A stretch of 64,000 nucleotides of DNA, from positions 4,960,001-5,024,000 of the forward strand of contig CM102289.1 of NCBI GenBank assembly GCA_046563655.1, in the 5' to 3' direction. Below, piece by piece: positions 38,101 to 49,369 of the stretch. The DNA is from Yuukianura sp. NJ FZ-2021 (lineage: Eukaryota). The translations under genes and the position numbers were made by a program. Under the pieces are notes generated by a model. That model was not told the DNA's origin and searched no databases. It saw only the letters and a program-made list of their open reading frames with translations. The first letter of the stretch is position 1. Every line of letters begins with the position of its first letter.

Positions 38101-41100
38101 ACCAAGCACTGCCCGCCAAACTTTGAATTTTGAATCTCCCGCTCACATCATATCCAGTGGAATGCTCTTTTGAATAGGTTTTTCTGGAAGGAAGATCCTT
38201 TGGAAGTCATCGGGAGGGAACCAGAAATAAGATTAATGATCAATTGTGAACAGTGTTGGAGGCCTTGAAGGCCCCTGACATTGTCCCACCCGGGGCCCCT
38301 TGGCCCTTCACTCCTCATTTTCACTTCACTGGGTGGAACTTTCATAGTGTCCAGAGAAATTCAAAAGACTTTTCAAAAGCCCGAATTTTGAATCCAAACA
38401 GTTAAGGATTCCCATGTTTATAAAATCATTTATCTCTAGGAAGACCCTTAAGGGTCTCCAATACTATGAAAAAATAGGACCCTTTAAAGTGTTCAAACAA
38501 ACACCATTTTCAAACAAAATAAGATCAGACAGAGATACTTATCCTCTGTGCTGGACATAGGATTCCATTAGTGCAACAATTTCACAATTGTTCCGCAACA
38601 TCTTTTCGATTTAAAGCTTTTGTAAAATAAATTTTTGTAACGGATATCCGAGGATTCGTCCAACCATGAAAATCCGCATTGTTCCCACCATCATTAATTC
38701 GGCATTTAGTGTCAAAGTTCCTGGATTTTTCAAAACATCATTAATAGTTTTCCAAGAAATTTTGAAAAACACTCAAATTTTTTGAAAACGAAATGAATTT
38801 GAAACTTTGGGAATGTTCATGCATGAGGGAGAGTGTTGATGAAGTTGAAGTGTCATTCGGCGGAAGGGAAGAGATGACAGGGTTGGTCACTCCTGCATGA
38901 CTACGGAGACACAATTCATTCATCACTGCAAATACGCAATTTAAACTTTCCCTCTTCGGCGTTTCTTCTATTCCCGCCTTCATGTTGATGATTAACACCT
39001 TGGGTTTTTAGTCCTTGATTACAGGTAAGACACTTCATCTTGTGTCCTGTGAAGCAAAGGAATCAAAGAGAGCACAGCTCTCCTCTCGATGACTTGCGAA
39101 ATGGCCAAATTAGTATCAAGGATTAAATGAACATTGTCATCAAAAAATGCCGACTAATGGTTCGTTTTAAGTGCTCAACACTTAAGGACATTTGCAACAA
39201 TTGCAAACGTCGGCTCGCAAATGCGGCTCAGATAATTGCCACGTTGAGTGCAAACACTTAAGTTTCCAGGGTTAGTTTAATTAAATTATGAAACGACTTG
39301 TGAATTTAAATAATTTTTGAAATTTCATTCCAATTGAAATTTTATTCCAACAAAATTCGAATTTTGCGGTGAAGGAATGCGAAAGCCACTTTCTTTCGAA
39401 AGTTTAAATCTTGAATGACACTGCACTCTGGTAAATTCCATTTTTATTCAACTTTTTAAAATTCAAGACATCTACTAAAAATGTGGTTTGTTTTTGAAAG
39501 AGTCATCAGCGCCAAGTCGTTGTCAGCAGCCGGTGGAGCTTTGTATCATCACGCTATAAGCTCAGTTTATAAATCACAAAATCCTTGAGATTCCTTTTTT
39601 TCAAAGAAATTAATTTTCAAAAGTTCCCGCTTTGTCTGCGAATATTTTTTGTCTCAGTTTCAGTTTCTGTTTAGGTTGTGATTTCCTGTGAAGATGATTT
39701 TTTATGCGGGTAGGTCCGGAAGAGTTGAATTAGTGAAATGCGGCGAGATTTGGAAATTGAAACTGTAAAAGAAAAGAAAAAGCTGGAGTGTGGCTATTCA
39801 TTTGGAAAAAAGAAGCGCGGTTTCTTTTAAAACTCTTTTGTAGGAGAGAGACTCCTAATAGTTAATTTGAGTGAAAGCATACGGAGAAAGCGCCGGTTTT
39901 TAATCTCTCCAAAAAGGAAATGAATATTCATGGGTCCTCCAAAGAAACTTTCGTTTTTTAATTTTAAATTTTGGAGCTCATCTACAAAATAATATTTTTC
40001 TACTTTCCGTTTCTTCCAGCAGGCTCATCATGCTTAACAAGGGAAAAGAACGCTCGTTTCATCTCCACTTCACTGCTCACACGACTTAACGCATCATAAA
40101 GTCTAATGAGGATCCAAATCAAACCAAAAGTAAATTAAAAAACATGAAACTACATGCAATAATTATTCTAAACGTTAAAAAATGTATTCTAAAAAAGTTT
40201 TCAAAACTTTTTGAAACCTTTGGTCAGTAGAGCACAAGATGAGTATTTTGGAGTAATTAAGGTAATGCCGAGGGGATGAAAGGGAACAATAGAAAGCGGC
40301 TTAGAGATGAACAAAGCAACGAAAAATCAATACGGAAGATGCGGTTAATTTGAAAAGAGAAAGACCACACATTGGACCACCAATTTTCATCAACATCCCA
40401 ACATTATTGTAGAGATGAGGTTCAGAACAGGTAAATTAATTAGAAGAATCAATGCTCTCCTCTCATAGTTTAGTTTTCAATTAAATTCTCAACTTTGGTG
40501 CGTTTTGAACTCTAGCCTCAGTTGATCCCCTTTGCCCATTATTTTGATCCCCGGGAAAATTTCAAACTTTTGAAATTGAGCCTCATGGACTTTGGAGAAC
40601 ATGAAATTGTAAAGTTATGGCATGAGCTGAGGCTGGTGCCCTTGCAACTTAGCTCAATTTGCACTTTGTGCGAAATTGCAAAAACCACAGAGATGATGAA
40701 GATGATGAACTCATGCAGAGTTCATTTAGGAAACATCTTGTTCATCTTCTTTTTGCAGAGGAATGCAGAGAGGCAGACATGATTTGTGCATGAATTCGGA
40801 ACTAATTTCCGTCTTCCAACAAACCACCAGACAGCCAGCGAGAGGATCTTTATTCACAAACAGGATTTGGTCTAGGTTGAATGCACTTTTCACCACAAAC
40901 TTCCTCCTTCCAAATAACATGTCAATTTTGGCACTTTTAAAAAAAATGCTTCGAAAAATTGTTTTCTTTAATTTTGCTTTACAACAAGCAGAGTTCCGAG
41001 CTTTACCATTTTTCTTCTTTCTTTTTTTTCTTTCATAACCTTCATAAAAGAATTCCTTCGAACGTGGTCAATTTTTGGATTTTTAAGATGGCTAAGGTTG

Positions 41101-44100
41101 GAAAGTTTTTTATTTGAATTTTTGGTGGAAACTGTTGTGAATTTTATGGAAGAAGTGATCTGTTTCAGTTGAGATTTTGGAAAAGGTTTCCAAGATTTAT
41201 GATCTTTTGTGTAGTTGGGGGATGAAAGTTGAGAGACTCTTGTCTTTTTTTCTCTTGAAAAGCTTAAGCTCATCAGGAAGAAAAAAGAACGAAAGTGTAT
41301 TAGAAAAAAGCAGAAATGGGCAACTGGAGGCCACTGGATGCCCGTCTCTGGGTGAAGGCGTGGGTGATGTTGCGGTTGAAGTCTCCCGCTGCGCTCTGCA
41401 CAATGACTCTGGATCATGGCATTCCATTTTCACAGAGAAAAGTACCCTAAGACCCTTAAGCAACAATGGACTCGTAAATTTGATCCAGAGTTAAGGGCTC
41501 CACTCATTAGAACATCCATTGACAGTTTAGCAGTAGAGAGACTCAGGTGGAAGTGCTAAAAATCAATTGTCATGTTCAAACTTCAAATTTTGGAGGGAGT
41601 TTCAAATTTATGAAAGTTTTTAAAAATTTACAATTTGGGGAACACACGAGGGTTACTGGGTGGTTACTGTCTAATTGGACGTTGGTAACCATGGTTACCC
41701 TGACTTGTGTGAGGTCTCCAGTCACACCCTTTTGAACAGTCGACATAATGCTTTACGACAACTCATCATCGAAATCGACTCCCAACTTTCCATTTTTTTG
41801 AAAGAAAAGATACGGCTTTCAAAACGAAAGATTTGACGTAAAGTGTGTTCCGTTTCAGTCAACCAAAAATCCATTACAGACAACACTATTCCCGTTGCAC
41901 TCAATCACACAACGGCAGCTACAACGTTTCCTGCTGAATTTTTTTTTGAAGTTCAAAATCTGATCAGTATTGAAATCTCTGATTTTCAAAAAAAAAAAAT
42001 TCGTGTTCAAAATCTTGATAATGTTTGAACGGGGGAGTTATGGACTCAGTTACATAATGCAATTTGTTGAGGTTGTTGTACCTCTGCCCCGAGGTCACAA
42101 AGGTTGCATTAAGGCAGACATGATTAGAGTTTTCGATAGCAACAAAAAGTACAATGAAAGTTTGAAGTGATGGGAACATGAGTAACTGCTTCGGGGGTAT
42201 TGTTAGGATTTAACAATAGGAAAACATCCAATGGTCAGTTGGAAGTCTTTGATCAAGTTATTTATGATTTCTAAAACTCTGTTTTCCCTCCTCCGCCTCC
42301 TTATCACCTGCTCAGTTAGAAAAAATTTTGAATCTTGCTTTTGCAAATTGAAATTCCTTAGAAATGACAAAGACGCTACTGTCTGCTTTAGTAAGTGAAA
42401 AATAATTTTTCGGGAGAAAGTGAGTGGTGGCGTGGAGGAGAGAGATTATGAGGGGGAAAGTGGAAAAGTGTGGAGAGGGAAAAGTTGTTCAAAAGTTTAA
42501 AGTCGACAAGTTCCCGCGTGGTTTTTGTGGCAGCTCAAATATCCCATTAAGCTCCGAGTAATTACACACTGGTTAATTAGAGCCTCCTTTCAAGATGCTT
42601 TCTCCAAGGAGACCAACACTCTGAGCCTCTCGTCACGCACTGGGCAAACTACTGTGCAAGGAATATCCGATTCCAGCAAATATCACTTTCTCCTCCGCCC
42701 TTTCACCAACTGACTCAAACATTCTTTAATCATGCTCCAGAACCAAGAGTCCACTTGGGACAAAGAAACCAAAACTTCTTCTGGCGGGAGATCAACTTTT
42801 AAATTTCCCTCATTATGAAACAGTATCCTCCAGCCCATTAGGATCCACACTGGCATTGCTTTGGCTCCAGGGAAGATTTGAATTTGAAAAGAGAAAGTTA
42901 CATGGACAAGCTGCTTTCCTAATTTTCCAAAAAGTGAAAAGATGAAGGGCCAAGAGGAAGGAAATAATGATGAGGCTTGCTGCTTTTGTCAAAAAGGAGA
43001 TCTTGACTTTCTCTTTGTTCCTTCTGATCAGGCACAAAAGAGCGCGTCATTTGATCTTTAGAGTTCTACGGTTCTTTGGATTAGACAGTCAAATAATGCA
43101 TGTTTTTGCGCTTGTGAGGCAGAAAAATTTGCAAAACGAAAATAAAAATTGTTCTTTAGTTCATGAAAAAGTTGCAGGGAGCACAGTAGCTTTCTTCACA
43201 ATCGAATTGTAATCCTACTTTTTTCTTTCTGAGCGCAGTGAGTCATTTGTGATAAAAAAAAAAGAAGAAGAAAGAAGCGGGAGATTTGGGATAAAAAGTT
43301 AGGCTTTTTTGGGTAACTAATCAAAGCCAAAAGCCGCTTTTCTCTGCAACTGAATTGTCAAACTAATTTTCCAGAATTAAGGATAAAAGAACAGAGACAC
43401 AAAAAAAGTTTCAGGATGAAAAAAGATCAATGATGTCTGCATTTTTTTTTCGTTTCTTTTGTGGTCTCATTATATTTTGTTGAAAAATGTTATTTTTCGT
43501 GTTGATTTTTTTAAATCTCTGAACCGACAATTGACAATTGGATCGCGTGTTGGGGATTATTATTTTACAATGACTTTGAAAAAGAATTGGTGGAAGGAAG
43601 AGGACCAGCAAGCGCTGATGCTAAATTTTTGTTCACTTTTTAAAGTAACTCGAAAACTTTATTTGAAAGATTGTTTTCGAATTTTTAAGTCGTTTTACAC
43701 TTAACTTTGAAGAATTTGAAACGAAGCGATGATTAATTTGTGTAGCAAGGGCTTGCCTCGTGCAAATCACGCAATCAAGGTTTCTTGTTCTTTCTGCACA
43801 AGGTTGCAGCGCGTCTTTGTCTTTACATTGATTAATTGTTGACTTTTGGAAATGATTAGTTTTCTCCAATTTTTACAAAAAAAAAACGTTCACTTAAGAA
43901 AAGAGCTCAAGTGACCAACAAAAAATCCAATTAGAAAACTCAGTTTTTGCTATTTACGATAAAAAATCAAAGTCACTGAACTTTTGCTGATGAAAAATTA
44001 GTTTGAATTTTTCCTCGCTTTCATTCTGAACATTCTGGTTAATAAAGTTATTCATGGGCGCCTGCCCATATTTGGTACTAAAATTTAAATTGTTGAGCAA

Positions 44101-44298
44101 CACAATTTGTTTAGTTTTGCTACTGGCTCACTATCTAAAATTCACACACTCCATATTCGGCTCAAATTGAGTAAAAAAGTGAAGCAGTAAATCACTGAAA
44201 TGTGAAATGTAGGAAAAGTCAGATTCCTTGAGGTTGTGTAATGTTTTGTACAAAACAATGCCTTTAAATTTTTCTGAAATTTTTGGTTCATTTTTCAG

Positions 44299-44428
44299 TA
44301 CCGTAAATTTTCAAATAATATAATCCAGCACCAGACAAGCATCAAAGCATCAAAAACCCTGTAAGCAGCATCGGAAATTGTTCATTTCCGGTAGAAAGTT
44401 AACGTACGTTAGTCGGAGGGTTACGGTA
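44299..44428. mobile_element. Possible short MITE relic with TA-CCGTAA...TTACGG-TA ends
   Basis: Inverted termini (AG)TACCGTAA and TTACGGTA(CT) lie 126 bp apart with TA on both sides. CCGTA ends are typical of some Tc1/mariner-pogo-type elements, but the TIR is short. Confidence 0.35.
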
Positions 44429-47400
44429 CTTTGAAAGTAGAGTATCGTCAATGTGTCTGTTAATCTCAGTTGATTACACTTGGTGAACATGGATATTAGT
44501 GCTTCTCTCACTTGATCTCCTTCATATGATTAATGCCCCATTGTTATCCCACACTTTTGCATCTTGTTCTTTCTAAAAAATCTAACGTCTTCGCACCCCC
44601 GGCGTCATTTTCGTAAAACCAACCCATTTTTACCAACATTGTTTTACAAAATGCAAAAAAAAAATCATTCTGAACAGGTTTTGCAAAAGAAAAAATGTGT
44701 TTAAAGTTTTGCTATCTGAGATAGAAAATCGGCTTTTCTTTTTATTGCATAGGAAGAGGAAATGTTGACAGCAGGGGGTTTGAATTTGGAATCGGAAAAT
44801 GTATTTTTAGCAACACGAGTTTGATCAGAAAAGATTGTGATTGTGTGATGTCATTGTTTTCTGGAAGAAGAGAATGAAAAGCTAAGGGTGTAAATTCGGT
44901 TTTTGAATTTCGAAATTTGGCGTTTGGTGGGTTGTTGCTGGGGAGGAGATGAAGTGACATGCAGACGACAGACGAAGTCACCCTTTGTGCAGGGTGTAAT
45001 GGATCACCCCACAAGGATTTGGACAATTCAGTTACAAACCAAGTTCACCACTGGTGCAAGTTAGGTGATTAGGAGGGAAATTTAAATTGAATGCGCAACC
45101 ACAACTGCACAAAATGTGTACCCACCAATCCCCGTATTTATGACGACGCCAATAATTCTGAAGATATATGTTTGAGGAAATTCGGTTTGAGGAAATCTTC
45201 AGAATTGAAGGGCTTGGCTTTAGATTTGGTAAAAGAGGAATTGAGGATTGAGGAAATCCTGAAATGGAGAGTACAAAGGATAAGATATGGAATTGCTAAT
45301 TTGGGCCATATCAACAGATCACTCATCTTCACTCATCCATCATCCAGCAAAAGTCATCTCTCCACCACACCAGTCTCCCACAATTCCACAAAATTACTAG
45401 CATCACTTCGTATGTTGGACTTCCTGGAAGGGATGATGAGGGAGAGCATGAATTCCCAAATGGAAAATCACTCAAAATCATCCATCAACAAACTACCAAA
45501 AACAGGATTGCAGAGAAAGTAAAATTGGAAATAACGTTTACAACATGCATAGTTTAATAATTTAATTTTATAACTTAACATAACTTTTTAATATTATATA
45601 AAACCAATAAATTATGATTTCCATTTACACGTCAGTGGTCACAAGTGAAAGGGGAAAAGGCTAAATTGATTTCTGCTCTATTCGAGTTTTCACCCCTTGT
45701 AAATTCCAATTGTCCAAAAAACAAAAGTTGATTTTGACTTATTGCCTACGAGTGGCTCAGTTTGAATAAAAATGAAAAATGAAACAAGTCTAATTTCCTC
45801 TTTCAAAAAAGTCGAAACAATAAAGAAAAATGCGGGTCTTTTCAAATCACTGCTCTGCATATTATTCAAAAGTCGCAGAAGTATTGTTCTATTTTTTCAA
45901 TTTGAATCAAAAGTGTGTTACAGCTATTACATTTTTGTCCATTGTTCTACTGTTCCTGGTCCTTGTTACACAATGGTCACTTTTTGGCGGGAGTTATTGT
46001 ATAAGGAAAATTTAAATTGTGCGGCTTACCACCGCAACCAGTCCTCATGCCTTGTGCTTTCCATAATTGTTTTCCCTTGAATCATTAAACTCCTCTCGTC
46101 CAAAAGTCATTACTTCCATCTGCTATGCTAATCAAACAATAAACTCCGCATGGTCCCTTGTTCCCAGGCGCTGTTCAAATGAAAGTGAGATTTTGTTCAA
46201 ATGAAAATGAAATCCTGCTCAAACGAAAGAGAAAGTGACACGTTTTCTACAAATGGGTGAAAGTCGTTTTGAAAATCTAAAAATGAAAACTAATTTTCCA
46301 AGTTTCAAAAGTTCAGATCTTAAAAACTTTCAAATTGAAACATTTTCAAATGCGAATAAATCCGAAGGTCACCTTGTCCTGTTTACAAAATCCTGCTCAA
46401 ATTTTTACAGCTTTTCTATGTCGAAACTAAATGTAAAGTATAAATAATTTCTTAGATTGTTAATTAAAGAAGGAAGTTTTGGAGATCGCTTAAGAAATGA
46501 AGAAACGTCTTCATTTTGTTATCTTTGAGCAGAGAGATGGAGGTCACCGAGGTCACCTCCCAAATCTCTACCCAGAAACGAAATGAAACTGAAATCTTTT
46601 AGTTCTCAAAATCTGTCGTTAGAATTGCTCTGAAAAGATAACGACTTCTGCTCTTAATTTCCTCGACTAAGTTTTATTTCTTTAGCTAGTGACCTCGTGA
46701 CCTTTGTTGGACAGGGACACATAAATCTGCCAGAAGTAGGAATGCATAGAGTCACCACATGGCTTCCACTGTGACTCAGATAGTAACAGTTTAAGATGGG
46801 ACAATTCGAACCAAAAGTTGGATTTAGACTGAGGACGCGGAAGATCCGAAGTCGTTCCTGTCTCATTCCCGGGAAAAGTCTGAAAATTCGGAGACTGCGC
46901 TATGTGGAAGAAGAGAAAGAAGCCGGGTAGTGAGAGCTGTGGAACGTTGGCGGGTAGCTCCACCCTCGGAGTGGAGCCATTGGCCAGGGCAAGACCCAAT
47001 GAACCCGGGTGACCACCTCTGGCGGATCAAGATCAATCTGGAGTGCCCCTGTCAGAGATCAGGGGTCTCTCGGTCTCTCGGTTCGCCCAAAGGCCACTTT
47101 CAAAACGACGCGCCTTTCCCTCTGCACCACATGCATATGCCCAACTACGCTTCAACTTTCTCCGCTTTCGCTTTTCCCAACTCTGCACACCCATTACTTC
47201 CAATGGACAATTCCATTATTTTGAATGGCTCAACTCCAGTTTCCCAAGCACAAACAACGCCAAAAGTCTCCTTCCCGCTCCATAAATTTCCACATTTTCA
47301 TCCATTTTCCCAACTCTCTTGTTTTTTTAAAGCGCTAATTTTGAAAAAGGCAGTTACGGAACTCAAACTCAACTCTCCTGACTTTGAATTTAAGTTTTCA

Positions 47401-49053
47401 AGTTCAAAAGCAAAGATTTAAAATACACAAAATTAAAAATTCGCATATTCAGAAATCATCTTTCAACTGGCCAAAATTGGCTGAAACTGGCAGAAACGAA
47501 TCATTGAAAGAGAAAGGTTGACAAAGAAAGTTTCATGTTTTCGGAATTTTGAAACGGATGAAGAAATGTTTGAAAAGACATTTGTTCATGACATGGAGTG
47601 TTGAAGTATGATCCACTTCTGGTCACTTTTGCCAAGAATTGTGTAAAAAGCTAAGATTTATTCCGTGAGGAGGTTGGCCGAAGGAGGAAGGCGACTGTTG
47701 GTAGCCAACCAGGAGCTGGTGGGGCAGGGAGTGCAGAGTGTCGCAGGGCGGAAGGCACGGTGAGGCAAGTCGACTTGAGGTTGGCCCCACAGCCCATCTC
47801 AAAGGCTGCGCACAGAGGTCCCCACCTCACGAACTTAGTCGCACTGCCCTCGCACTCAGACCCCCACTTTTTCTAAGCGGGAATTTCAAACGAAGTATTT
47901 TTTCAACTTGGGTTGCCCTCACCCTCTCCAATCTTCTGTCGTTTTTTTCTACTGCGGAGAATCTGTGCTACCCAAGTGAGTTCTTGGCCCACGGGTGAGG
48001 ATCGAGTCTTGGATCGTGGATTGCAGGTCGCACACTTTAGTCGTCTTCAACACCATCCCATAGCAGTACATTGTAAAGTCAGCTCTCGAGTCACAGGACT
48101 CACCCCTGTGTCAAGTCCTTTGACCTCTGCTTCAAGTTGACCTCAGCTACTGATCTTGACCTCACCAAGTCAAGCCCTCGCCCTGTGACCTCAACCACTC
48201 CTTTCCAAACAAAACTAACCTTGCCTAAACGTTGGAAAAAGTGGAGATTGTGGGCGCACGAGCCTAAAAGTCTGATTCATCAGAAATGACAATAGTGCAA
48301 CTTTCGTCTGAGAATTTAAAGTGTTTGGGCAATAACAAACAGCGTCAGCTAGCAGCAAACTGTGCGAATAAACAAATTTCAAAGCCGAGAACTTACTTTT
48401 GTTTTGAAGAATTGTGCTGAAGCGTCTAAAACACTTTTCACTTCCCACAACAACTTTGAGTTCTTGCTTTCACTTGAACAAGTTCAAGAAAGCTGAAAAG
48501 TTTTGAAATCTTACAACTTTCAAAAAAAGTGAACAAAATTGAAGTTCATTTTATTTCGAAAGTGCTGGAGGGGACGAGAATCTCTGAAAAAGTTGGTGGG
48601 ACAAGGTCCCACGAAGTATCCAATATTGTTAACTCTGATTCTGAAGATTCTTTGGGGCAATTGGAGAAGCCCAGGCCCCACTACGACCTCCACGCCTGGC
48701 TCAGTAGAGAAGAGAACAATAACTTGACCCACTTTGATCCCACCCAGTCCCACCACCCCTTCCCCACTCTGGGGCACAAGGGGAACCACCACCACGTCAA
48801 GACCCCAATTCCCATCAAAGCAGAAGTAATTGGTGGAGGTGGGTCTTGGTCCACGTCCAGCACCACGGCGACTCAAATCCAGCCCCACCCCAACGTTCCG
48901 CCACTTCACCATCACCCCCACCCCGCTCAGTCCCACCACCCCATCTACTCTAGTTCTGGAAACTACGCGTCTGCAGCCCAAGCGGCTGGACGCACCCAGA
49001 GTGACAAACTGGTCGTCCCACCGGGCACTGGCTGCTTGCTCCCACCGGACGTG

Positions 49054-49369
49054 ATGGCTCTCGTGGCCCCACCACCATCTTCGGGTGGTGGGTGGCGTGA
49101 ACATGCAATGATGGCCAATGGACCCACACTTACTGGACTTGGTTCCCTCACACCGAATAGCCCCAACGAGCTCCACCACCACCACGATAGCCACCTCAAC
49201 GGATCCAACGGGCTCTCTATGGTTCCAGTGACGCAGCCGCCACAACCCACCTCCTCAGCCTCCTCTGCCGCATCACCGAACTCTGCCTCCATCAAAACAG
49301 AAAATATCGAGTGTGTCGTCTGTGGAGACAAGTCAAGTGGCAAGCACTATGGACAGTTCACATGTGAAG
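49054..49369 (+). CDS. svp: svp coding exon 1 (A/B domain and first zinc finger); open frame extends upstream to 48478
   Basis: [16 protein letters not shown]...[23 protein letters not shown], donor G|GTAAAA. Confidence 0.93.

Noticed and set aside
7200..46000. Very frequent GCGGGAA/TTCCCGC (E2F-like) and TTTTGAAA/TTTCAAAA words
   Set aside because: Spread evenly without clustering, so probably a genome-wide compositional signature. Locus specificity cannot be shown without background counts.
16200..46500. Dozens of 60-150 aa ORFs in the desert
   Set aside because: F/K/L/S-rich translations of A/T-tract DNA, mostly with non-ATG starts, no recognisable domains and no coherent exon chains.
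48520..49343. Long minus-strand ORFs (241 aa and 126 aa) opposite svp exon 1
   Set aside because: Antisense shadows of a GC-rich coding frame with no recognisable motifs or independent gene structure.
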